Shown here one piece after another: positions 24,590 through 32,000 of a stretch of DNA of 32,000 nt. Within the stretch, counting starts at the first letter, position 1, and each line of letters begins with the position of its first letter. The translations under genes were made by a program, and so were the position numbers. Under the pieces are notes generated by a model that searched no databases, was not told where the DNA came from, and saw only the letters and a list, made by a program, of their open reading frames with translations. Source of the stretch: Planctopirus limnophila DSM 3776 (lineage in GTDB: Bacteria > Planctomycetota > Planctomycetia > Planctomycetales > Planctomycetaceae); NCBI RefSeq assembly GCF_000092105.1, contig NC_014148.1, forward strand, positions 120,001-152,000, written 5' to 3'.

Positions 24590-25213
24590 ATGAACCCAGC
24601 ATCCTTGAAAGCACTGGCCAATTCGTCTGGCGGCAGGCCGGAAGAAAATCACGCTTTCGCTGTTGATTCTCATCCACGAGAGGACAGCCCGGTGATCGCC
24701 CGGTTGAGCGCATCTCCGATGCCAGGATCGTTACCGAAACTCGCTCCAGGATCGTCTGCAATTCGAGACCAGGCCACAGAGACAGTTCCCATCGATCCTT
24801 TGAAGATTCGGATTCATCAGTCGGCCGTTGATCGTCCCGAATGGCGTCAGCGTCTGGTGGAAATTGAGAAGGGATTAGCCACTGCCCTGCGCACAGACAG
24901 CACGCTGTTCATGCATCTGTTTTTCGATTCGATCATTATGGCCAGCGGGGCTGTGCTCGGTCTGCATTTGTGGCAATGGGTGGCCCTGACGGCCACTCTG
25001 ATGATCGTGTTGACTGTGGAACTCCTCAGCCAGGCAATTCGCCGACTGGCACTGTTGGCTCACCGCCCTCATGAAAAACGCACGCCACTCACCGAAGTGA
25101 CCCATCAGACCGAAGCGCTTTGTTTCGCAGCCAGCTTCGTCACCATTCTGGGCGGGCTGGTCATCACCACGTTGATCTTTGCTCAACGCATTTACGAAAC
25201 GATTCCTGAGTAG
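24590..25213 (+). CDS. DgkA (prokaryotic diacylglycerol/undecaprenol kinase) family membrane protein, divergent, with a ~90-aa N-terminal extension
   Basis: KGLATALRTDSTLFMHLFFDSIIMASGAVLGLHLWQWVALTATLMIVLTVELLSQAIRRLALL matches the DAGK_prokar architecture (G-L..A.R.E.NFR.H ... E-L-L-N-x-A-I-E-x-x-x-D), but the final E and D are replaced. GAGGA lies 9 nt upstream of the ATG, and the gene starts 27 nt after the LptD-like stop. Confidence 0.55.
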   Translation: MNPASLKALANSSGGRPEENHAFAVDSHPREDSPVIARLSASPMPGSLPKLAPGSSAIRDQATETVPIDPLKIRIHQSAVDRPEWRQRLVEIEKGLATALRTDSTLFMHLFFDSIIMASGAVLGLHLWQWVALTATLMIVLTVELLSQAIRRLALLAHRPHEKRTPLTEVTHQTEALCFAASFVTILGGLVITTLIFAQRIYETIPE

Positions 25214-25239
25214 GCTCAGCCGTTCAGTGATGATTGTGC

Positions 25240-25330
25240 TGTAGGGTGCAAGGAGTTCCGACGGATTGCACCAGTGAAGACGTCACATGTGCATATCGTT
25301 CCCGATTGGTGCATTGGCATGCACCCTACA
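25240..25330. repeat. Nested palindromic element built from four GGTGCA/TGCACC units between convergent genes
   Basis: The outer 11-bp inverted repeat is TGTAGGGTGCA (25240-25250) / TGCACCCTACA (25320-25330). The inner hairpins are GGTGCAA (25245-25251) / TTGCACC (25266-25272) and GGTGCAT (25308-25314) / ATGCACC (25319-25325). Confidence 0.7.
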
Positions 25331-25483
25331 AATGCGGTGTATAGAGACCACGCCAATCGCATGATCTGCCACAAACTTTCCCGCGTATTTGGGTGGGAAA
25401 CTCTTGTAATCGATCGCTTCCCATCATCGTGAGGGAGGGTTTTACGACTAGTTGCAGAACCATCGACGACTCAGCATCACTGC

Positions 25484-27391
25484 TCACACATCCAGATCAT
25501 CCACCTGATTCGCCTGTTCCATGATCAGTTTGTAGCGCTCGGCAGGTTCCTTCCCCAGCAATTTTTCAAACGTCTGGTCGGCTTCGAGCTGATTGTCGAT
25601 ATCGATACGGAGCAGGATGCGCGTCTTCGGGTCGAGTGTCGTCTCTTTCAACTGGGAAGGAGTCATCTCACCCAGACCTTTAAATCGCAGCACATCCGGG
25701 TTTCGATTTGCTGGAAGTGAATCGAGAAACTCTTCTTTATGCAGATCGTCGCGGGCATAGAAGATTTGGTTGCCTGACTGGATGCGATACAACGGGGGCT
25801 GTGCCAGAAACAACTTGCCCTGTGTAATCAACACGGGCATGTGCCCAAAGAAGAAGGTCAGCAACAGCGTACTGATGTGATACCCGTCCGAATCGGCATC
25901 CATCATCAGAATGATCTTGCCGTAGCGCAAGCGATGCAGATCAAAGTTTGGCCCGATCCCTGTCCCTAATGTCTCCACCAGATCCTTGATTTCCTGATTA
26001 TCGAGGATCTTTGCCGTCGTCATGTTCTGGGTGTTGAGCACCTTGCCTCGAAGTGGCAGGACGGCCTGAGTCCGGCTGTCGCGTCCCATACCGGCAGTTC
26101 CACCAGCCGAAAGACCTTCGACGATGAACAGCTCGGATTCATCCGCATTGGTGGATCGACAATCGAGGAGTTTACCAGGCAGACTCAACCTGCGGGCCGC
26201 GGGCGATTTCCGGCGGACTTCACTGGCCGCCTCACGACTGGCAGCCCGAGCTCTCGCGGCCAGCACGATCCGCCCGACGATCGCATCGGCCGTTGTCTTA
26301 TTACTCGACAACCAGTTCTCGAGCGCAGGCCGGATCTGCCCTTCGACGACACTCGACATCTCAGGGTTATTGAGTTTTTCTTTGGTCTGGCCCTGGAACA
26401 TGGGCTCTGCCAGAAAGACCGAAAGCAGCCCCACAATTCCTTCGCGAATGTCATCGTTCTGGATCGTGAGACCTTTGACCTTGATATCGTGCACTTCCAT
26501 GTAATTGCGAACGGCTTTGCCGATGGCACTTTTAAGTCCGCTTTCGTGAGTGCCGCCAGCGTGGGTGCGGATGCCGTTCACATAACTTCGCAGGTGCTCA
26601 TCCGTCGATTCTGACCAGCGAAAGACCGCTTCGACTTTATAACTGCCATCATCTTTCGAGAACTGAAACAGATTTTCATGGACAGGTTTACGCTGCCCTT
26701 CGGTCATCAGGCGGGCGAGGTAAGTCTGCAGTCCATCGGGATGATGCAGGACGACAGTTTCTTTCTTGGCTTCATCGATCAATGTAATCTTGAGCCCGGC
26801 ATGAATGTACGAAATGTCTTCCAGATGAGCCTTGATCGTCTCGATGCTGAAGACAGTTCGTGCGAAGATCTCTTTATCGGGCCGGAAGAAAACATCGGTT
26901 CCGCGACCTCGAAAAGGACGTACCTGCTTGAGAGCAGTCGTGGGTTTACCGCGTTTGAAGCGCTGCTGCCATTCGAAGCCATCGCGATGGATAGTGGCGA
27001 CCATTTCTTCCGAAAGGGCATTCACCACCGATGAGCCCACACCATGCAGACCACCGCTGCGTGCATAGGCATTTTTGCTGAATTTCCCACCCGAGTGGAG
27101 CGTGGTGAGGATCGTTTCGAGCGCCGACTTTTTCGTTTTGGGATGTAGATCGACAGGAATGCCGCGACCGTTATCACTCACGGAACAGGACTCGCCATCT
27201 TTATGCAGAGTGACCGTGATCTCAGTCGCTTCACCCGCCAGGCATTCATCGACACTGTTATCGACGATTTCCCATAAGAGGTGATGCAGCCCGCGGGCAT
27301 CGACACCGCCGATATACATGCTGGGTCGGCGGCGCACGGCCTCCAGACCTTCGATCACTTCAATATCTGATGCGGTATAGGCTGTCGCCAT
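25484..27391 (-). CDS. Type IIA DNA topoisomerase subunit B (GyrB/ParE family; probably the ParE-like partner of the upstream A subunit)
   Basis: The 635-aa ORF contains IEVIEGLEAVRRRPSMYIGG, LLWEIVDNSVDE, SDNGRGIPVD, GGLHGVGSSVVNALS, a Toprim ELFIVEGLSAGG and PLRGKVLNT, and ILMMDADSDGYHI. Confidence 0.9.
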   Translation of the reverse strand: MATAYTASDIEVIEGLEAVRRRPSMYIGGVDARGLHHLLWEIVDNSVDECLAGEATEITVTLHKDGESCSVSDNGRGIPVDLHPKTKKSALETILTTLHSGGKFSKNAYARSGGLHGVGSSVVNALSEEMVATIHRDGFEWQQRFKRGKPTTALKQVRPFRGRGTDVFFRPDKEIFARTVFSIETIKAHLEDISYIHAGLKITLIDEAKKETVVLHHPDGLQTYLARLMTEGQRKPVHENLFQFSKDDGSYKVEAVFRWSESTDEHLRSYVNGIRTHAGGTHESGLKSAIGKAVRNYMEVHDIKVKGLTIQNDDIREGIVGLLSVFLAEPMFQGQTKEKLNNPEMSSVVEGQIRPALENWLSSNKTTADAIVGRIVLAARARAASREAASEVRRKSPAARRLSLPGKLLDCRSTNADESELFIVEGLSAGGTAGMGRDSRTQAVLPLRGKVLNTQNMTTAKILDNQEIKDLVETLGTGIGPNFDLHRLRYGKIILMMDADSDGYHISTLLLTFFFGHMPVLITQGKLFLAQPPLYRIQSGNQIFYARDDLHKEEFLDSLPANRNPDVLRFKGLGEMTPSQLKETTLDPKTRILLRIDIDNQLEADQTFEKLLGKEPAERYKLIMEQANQVDDLDV

Positions 27392-27515
27392 GTCACTTCC
27401 TGATCGACTGAATTTCTCGCCTGAATACTACTGCTTTGTGCCATGATTGCCGCTCTGGGCAAGCATGTCTTCGAGATGATCAACACGGGCTAGTCAGGGT
27501 CTTCCTTCCAATCGA

Positions 27516-29897
27516 TCAACCTTCAATGCTGTTCCAATCCACCAGTGCAATCTCGGGTCGCACAATTTCGCCCACCTGACTGCGATGGCTGACCTTGACC
27601 CCTTTGCCTCCACGTGTCGTCAATGCATATTTCATCTGCCCGCAGGTCAGTTCCTTTTCGTTAGCCAGCTTGAGCCTCAACACATCGCTGGGTCGCGACA
27701 TCAGTGCCGCACCCAGGACGAGATCCTTCTCTTTCTCTTCCAGGCGAATGCCGCGCACACCTTTCCCTGCTCCAGAAAGGACAGGAATCTCTTCGAGTGA
27801 GAAGTGAATGAGCCGCGCTTCGCGAGTGACGAGAAAGACCGATGTCTGATCAACGATCAATTCGACCTTGGCCACCACGTCACCTTCCTGCAGCTTACAG
27901 AACTTGCGGCCCGATCTCGTGCTCGCTGTGCGAAATGGCTGAAGCGGCACACGCATCACCTGCCCCTGGGCTGTGGTGACAAAGAGATGTGGCGGTGCGG
28001 GTTCGGCTCCTTCGGCTGTCTCTTCGGCAACCGCGGTAAAGCGAGGGTCTGTCGTGACGGCGGCAATCACCTGCACACCATCTTTGAACTTGTAATGCTT
28101 GGTGAGTGGTTCGCCGTACCCAGAAGAAACCGGCACCTGAGAAATGGGCATCGTGTAGGCAATTCCGTCGCTGGCAAAGAAGATCACATGATCGACCGTG
28201 CTCCCTGGGAGGACATCGAGCACCTGGTCGCCTTCGCGGACGCGCGTCGATTCCACACTTTGCAGCCGGCCGACACGTTTGATCCACCCATCTTTGCTGA
28301 GCACCACATTCGTATTCTCACGAACGATATAGTGCGATTCATCAAACTCAGTGACTTCGTCGGAAGAGCCCAAAGTCGTTCGCCGCTTATCGCCAAACTG
28401 CTCACTCAGCTCGCGCAGTTCGCCTTCGATGACATTCCAGATGCGATCGTCTTTGGCAAGAATGCGTGTGATCCGGTCGGCCTCTTTCTGTTTGGTATTC
28501 AGTTCCGCGAGGACGGTATCAATTTCCAGCTGGGAAATGCGGTACAACTGCATTTCGAGAATCGCCATGGTCTGCGGTTCATCGAGCGGAAAGGCCGCCA
28601 TCAACTTGTCGCAGGCATCTCGCTTGCCGTTGCTGTTGCGAATGATCTTGATGGCCTTGTCGATCCCGTTAAAGATGATCTCCAGGCCGCGCAGGATATG
28701 AATCCGCGCCTGCAGTTGATCAAGTTGAAACTGGAAGCGTTTCTTGACGACCTTCAAACGGAACTTGAGAAACTCACCCAGCAAACGATGGAGCGGCAAT
28801 CGTGCTGGAGTTAACAGCCCCTGATCATCCGGAATCAAGACCGTGCTGTTGTAGTTGAAGTTCTGCTCCAGTGGCGTCTTTTTATAGAGGAACGCCATCA
28901 CCGATTCCGGGTCACTCCCTTTCTTCAGTTCCAGAACCACACGCAAGCCGTGTTTATCGTCGGTTTCATCAGCCGCGTTAATCAGTTGAGGCAGCTTGCG
29001 GCTTGCGATCACATTGCCAATCTCTGCCAGCAGCGGCCCTGTTTCGACGCCATAAGGTACTGAATAGATCACCACCCGGTCTTCCACTTCCGCCCGCTTC
29101 TCTTTATCCATCCGCCATTCGGCCCGCACCTTGAAAGCCCCACGCCCTTCCTCATAAATGGGGAGCATCGCTTTCCGATCGGTAATCATTCTCCCACCCA
29201 ACGGAAAATCGGGGCCCTTGATGAACTTGAGCAGTTCCTTGGTAGACGCCTCAGGATTTGTAATGAGGTGAATACAGGCTTCGAGCACTTCTTTTAAGTT
29301 ATGGGGCGGCATATTCGTCGCCATCCCCACGGCAATGCCGGCAGTCCCATTGACCAGCAGATTCGGAAACCTGGTGGGCAAGACGACCGGTTCTTTGCGG
29401 GTGCCGTCATAATTGGGCCGCATTTCGACAGTGTCGAACCGCAACTCGTTCATGAGTTGTTCGGCAATGCCCGTCAGCCTGGCTTCGGTGTATCGCTCGG
29501 CGGCAGCGGGCAGGCCCATGATGGAGCCAAAATTTCCCTGCCCGTCGACGAGCGGGTATCTCAAAGTGAAATCTTGAGCGAGGCGAACGAGTGTGTCGTA
29601 GACCGATTGATTGCCGTGAGGGTGATAATTGCCGGTGGTATCGCCGGAGATCTTCGCGCACTTGCGCGTCTTCGCATCGGCCATCAGCCGCAATTCTTCG
29701 TACATGACGTAGAGGATGCGGCGCTGGACGGGTTTGAGACCATCTCGAACATCGGGCAAAGCACGCGACTGAATGACAGACATCGCGTAGTTAAGGTATC
29801 TCCGCCGGGTCTCAGAGGAGATTTCCCGAAACTGAATACGGTCTTCCTGATTTTCTGTCACGGAGGATCCTGGTGTCGAACTGTTTCGTTTTGGCAC
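27516..29897 (-). CDS. Type IIA DNA topoisomerase subunit A (GyrA/ParC family; ParC-like C-terminal domain)
   Basis: The 793-aa ORF contains YAMSVIQSRALPDVRDGLKPVQRRILY, GNYHPHGNQSVYDTLVRLAQDF, LVDGQGNFGS and the catalytic Tyr in AAERYTEARL. The first CTD blade, LSKDGWIKRVGRLQSVESTRVREGD, lacks a GyrA box. The start is GTG with AGGAAGG 8 nt upstream. Confidence 0.9.
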   Translation of the reverse strand: MPKRNSSTPGSSVTENQEDRIQFREISSETRRRYLNYAMSVIQSRALPDVRDGLKPVQRRILYVMYEELRLMADAKTRKCAKISGDTTGNYHPHGNQSVYDTLVRLAQDFTLRYPLVDGQGNFGSIMGLPAAAERYTEARLTGIAEQLMNELRFDTVEMRPNYDGTRKEPVVLPTRFPNLLVNGTAGIAVGMATNMPPHNLKEVLEACIHLITNPEASTKELLKFIKGPDFPLGGRMITDRKAMLPIYEEGRGAFKVRAEWRMDKEKRAEVEDRVVIYSVPYGVETGPLLAEIGNVIASRKLPQLINAADETDDKHGLRVVLELKKGSDPESVMAFLYKKTPLEQNFNYNSTVLIPDDQGLLTPARLPLHRLLGEFLKFRLKVVKKRFQFQLDQLQARIHILRGLEIIFNGIDKAIKIIRNSNGKRDACDKLMAAFPLDEPQTMAILEMQLYRISQLEIDTVLAELNTKQKEADRITRILAKDDRIWNVIEGELRELSEQFGDKRRTTLGSSDEVTEFDESHYIVRENTNVVLSKDGWIKRVGRLQSVESTRVREGDQVLDVLPGSTVDHVIFFASDGIAYTMPISQVPVSSGYGEPLTKHYKFKDGVQVIAAVTTDPRFTAVAEETAEGAEPAPPHLFVTTAQGQVMRVPLQPFRTASTRSGRKFCKLQEGDVVAKVELIVDQTSVFLVTREARLIHFSLEEIPVLSGAGKGVRGIRLEEKEKDLVLGAALMSRPSDVLRLKLANEKELTCGQMKYALTTRGGKGVKVSHRSQVGEIVRPEIALVDWNSIEG

Positions 29898-30270
29898 TCA
29901 ATCAACCTTCCTGGGAGAGCTTGACGCTCTTATCGGCTGGGAAAAGCGGGTTGCTTTTGCCGGGGATCATGACGGATTTCGCTTCTTTGGCAAACTTTTC
30001 CGTTCAGCGGGTTTTTGCCGATAAGCGGGAATACACCACTCTTACGAGATTTGCAACTCGACGTAAGGCATGAATTGCCAACAGCTTGTTGGCTTGGAGA
30101 ACTTGGACGTTCCAGCCCGGGAATCGTTCATTTCTCGACGGGCCAAATTCCGAAAAGAGAAGCGAGTCTGATTTGTAGTCTCCGCGACGACTGGCCACGA
30201 AGGCAAATCCCGTTGCGTATGGGCCTCAATTCAATTGTTGCTGTTGAATCCGTCCCACGGAGGGGATGAA

Positions 30271-30915
30271 ATGCAATTCCTGAAATTGTCTGTCTTGATC
30301 CTGCCTGCAGTCATCTGTCATTCGGCAATTGCCAATGATCCGATTTACCTGCCGGCCGAAGTGGTTGCACCCGCACCTCAGGCAGCATCCTTTGGTAACA
30401 TGCCTGTGGTGACTGCACCAGCCGAACAGGTTCCACCTTCTCCACTGTATGCATACCCCACAGCTGCTGAATCGGAGTTCGCTCCGATTCCCAAAGCCCC
30501 ATCGATCCATACACCGGTCATCTCTCGCCAGGTGACTCCACCTCCTGCTGCGACGACCACGATCCCACAGGGGGCAGTTGTTTCGGAAGCTCCACAAAGC
30601 GGATATGTTCGCCTGGGTGCACCGCTCTATCCATCACCCTCACCACACGTGCCAGTCTGGACGGGTGGAAGCATGATTACCAATCAGGCCTTTGCACCTC
30701 ACGAAATGCTGTATGCCCATAAGTACAAGGCTCTTTATCCACCTTACTATCACAAGGTGAAAGGCCACTGGTTACTAACCCCATTTGGTGTTAAATCGCA
30801 CGAGCGATGGGAACTGCAGGGGACGATGGTCGAAGTGAATTATCACAGCCACTATCCACTGCTCCCGAAGTTTACAAAGCCACATACTTCGCAAAACCAT
30901 GGCCCTTGGCGCTAA
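30271..30915 (+). CDS. Secreted Pro-rich hypothetical protein
   Basis: The ORF track starts at 30235, but the ATG at 30271 has GGAGGGG upstream and yields a clean signal peptide, MQFLKLSVLILPAVICHSAIA. The C-terminal part is Tyr/His/Pro-rich (LYAHKYKALYPPYYHKVKGHW). Confidence 0.65.
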   Translation: MQFLKLSVLILPAVICHSAIANDPIYLPAEVVAPAPQAASFGNMPVVTAPAEQVPPSPLYAYPTAAESEFAPIPKAPSIHTPVISRQVTPPPAATTTIPQGAVVSEAPQSGYVRLGAPLYPSPSPHVPVWTGGSMITNQAFAPHEMLYAHKYKALYPPYYHKVKGHWLLTPFGVKSHERWELQGTMVEVNYHSHYPLLPKFTKPHTSQNHGPWR

Positions 30916-31064
30916 CCAACGACGGCATAAAAAGGTTGGCGGCCTGCCTGCGAACAGGCCACCGTTCGGCCTGAGAATGAATCCTGAATTCTGGCACTTA
31001 TTACAGCTCTCTGAACTTTGATCGCCTGGTTGATGCTCGACCAGTACACAGGAAGTGATTTGTC

Positions 31065-31781
31065 ATGAATGCATTCACACACCCGACAACAAGGTTGGTT
31101 TTCGCACTTGCTTTGTGCGGTGCCTGTGAGTGGCCCATGGCCCAGGCTGCCGAACCTGCACCAATGCCAACCGATACAGCACCGGCTGTAACGGCGCCAG
31201 CGGCAGTATCCAGCCAATCTGCCGGTGTCGTTCGAATTCGCAAAGAGCGAACTCAGGCCTTGCAGTCACAAGCTCCCGTCAGCGGGCCGGTGGCTCCTGT
31301 CGGTTTCCGTGATGCGATCTCGGAAGGGTTTGAATCCTTTCAGACACCAGCCCGCCCTGTGACGATGACACAGGCTTATGCTCAGCCTTACTCCTCTCAG
31401 GGCTATGCGGCACAGCCCGTCGCTATGCATGGTCAGGCTCACAGCTATCCTGTCGAAACAGTCTATACCGATTGCCCGAACGGCGAATGTGATCGTCACG
31501 GGTACTGCAAAGAACGATTTCACGAGTGGCTCAAATACAAGTTTGGCTACTTCATTCCGACCGGCAATGGTGGGACAGGGACTCCACTGTTTGGCAAATA
31601 TCATCGTGTCTACCCACAGGATCCTGGCTACTTTGATCAGCGGGATGGCCAGCTTTATTCCGCTCAAGGCTACGGAGTGCCAGTTTCTGTCCCTCTGGCG
31701 CCAGTTGTGGGTCACCAGTACAACTACGGTTGGGGAATTCCTTCCAGCCGCTTAACACCGATTTCTCATCCTGCGAACTGA
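31065..31781 (+). CDS. Secreted hypothetical protein
   Basis: The signal peptide is MNAFTHPTTRLVFALALCGACEWPMAQA. AGGAAG lies 9 nt upstream. The central part is Ala/Pro/Gln-rich and the C-terminal part is Tyr/Gly-rich (FGYFIPTGNGGTGTPLFGKYHRVYPQDPGYFDQRDG). Confidence 0.65.
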   Translation: MNAFTHPTTRLVFALALCGACEWPMAQAAEPAPMPTDTAPAVTAPAAVSSQSAGVVRIRKERTQALQSQAPVSGPVAPVGFRDAISEGFESFQTPARPVTMTQAYAQPYSSQGYAAQPVAMHGQAHSYPVETVYTDCPNGECDRHGYCKERFHEWLKYKFGYFIPTGNGGTGTPLFGKYHRVYPQDPGYFDQRDGQLYSAQGYGVPVSVPLAPVVGHQYNYGWGIPSSRLTPISHPAN

Positions 31782-31906
31782 TGTGAGAAGGTGGCGGCAC
31801 GGTGACCACAGGATGGTTACCGGGTCGTGTCCGTGAGTCTGTAATAAGTCGATTTTCACAAGGAACAACAGCGCCTTAATCCGGCCTGCGTAAAGAGGAT
31901 TCTCTT

Positions 31907-32000
31907 ATGACTTCCCAGGATACTCGATGGCTGGCACTCGCGGCCGTTTCGGCTGCAACGAGCTTGTGCGGTGGTCTTGTTGAACCCACCATCGCCAGTG
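31907..32000 (+). CDS. 5' end of a secreted or lipoprotein-like ORF, truncated by the window edge
   Basis: The ATG at 31907 is preceded by AAGAGGA. My translation is MTSQDTRWLALAAVSAATSLCGGLVEPTIAS, which is signal-peptide-like with a Cys. Only 31 codons are visible. Confidence 0.35.
   Translation, partial: MTSQDTRWLALAAVSAATSLCGGLVEPTIAS

Noticed and set aside
1-32000. Search for tRNA, rRNA, tmRNA, RNase P or riboswitch-like sequences in the intergenic regions
   Set aside because: Reading by eye, I recognised no cloverleaf-compatible segment and no known conserved core such as a T-box or SRP motif. This is not exhaustive, and tRNAscan-SE and an Rfam scan would be decisive.

Overview
This window appears to be ordinary chromosomal core sequence. 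I infer a Planctomycetota-like origin from gene content only: a futalosine-pathway radical SAM enzyme, a giant double-FtsX permease, a Uma2 nuclease, an LptD-like outer membrane protein and several Pro-rich secreted hypotheticals. I support about 21 CDS, most on the minus strand. In window order they are: the 5' part of a Cu-type P1B ATPase (running off position 1 and absent from the ORF track), a Cys-rich small lipoprotein, NIPSNAP, a TolC-family OMP, a GAF-GGDEF cyclase, leuA, an 832-aa secreted protein with an internal domain duplication, a small membrane protein, a VOC/glyoxalase, an MqnE-like radical SAM enzyme, Uma2, a 1222-aa FtsX permease, a TIGR03364-like FAD oxidoreductase, ruvX, LptD-like, a degenerate DgkA-like protein, a type IIA topoisomerase B and A pair that looks ParE/ParC-like, two secreted hypotheticals and one partial ORF. 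Reading by eye, I saw no rRNA, tRNA, CRISPR array, transposase, integrase or recognisable defence or toxin cluster, and I cannot point to a novel multi-gene protein system. The most interesting material is non-coding. (1) Upstream of leuA there is a 23-codon ORF with 6 Leu codons, including CUA-CUA twice. It is followed by four mutually exclusive pairing segments and a strong hairpin plus U7 terminator, which is a classic leader-peptide attenuator layout. (2) A perfect (GGGTGTT)x10 tandem array abuts the predicted -35 box of that leader. (3) A recurrent family of TG-rich/AC-rich inverted arms sits immediately after stop codons at three loci and shares exact 15-mer and 12-mer cores. (4) A nested GGTGCA/TGCACC palindromic element lies between convergent genes. 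All structure calls were made by hand. No folding energies, database searches or statistics were run.
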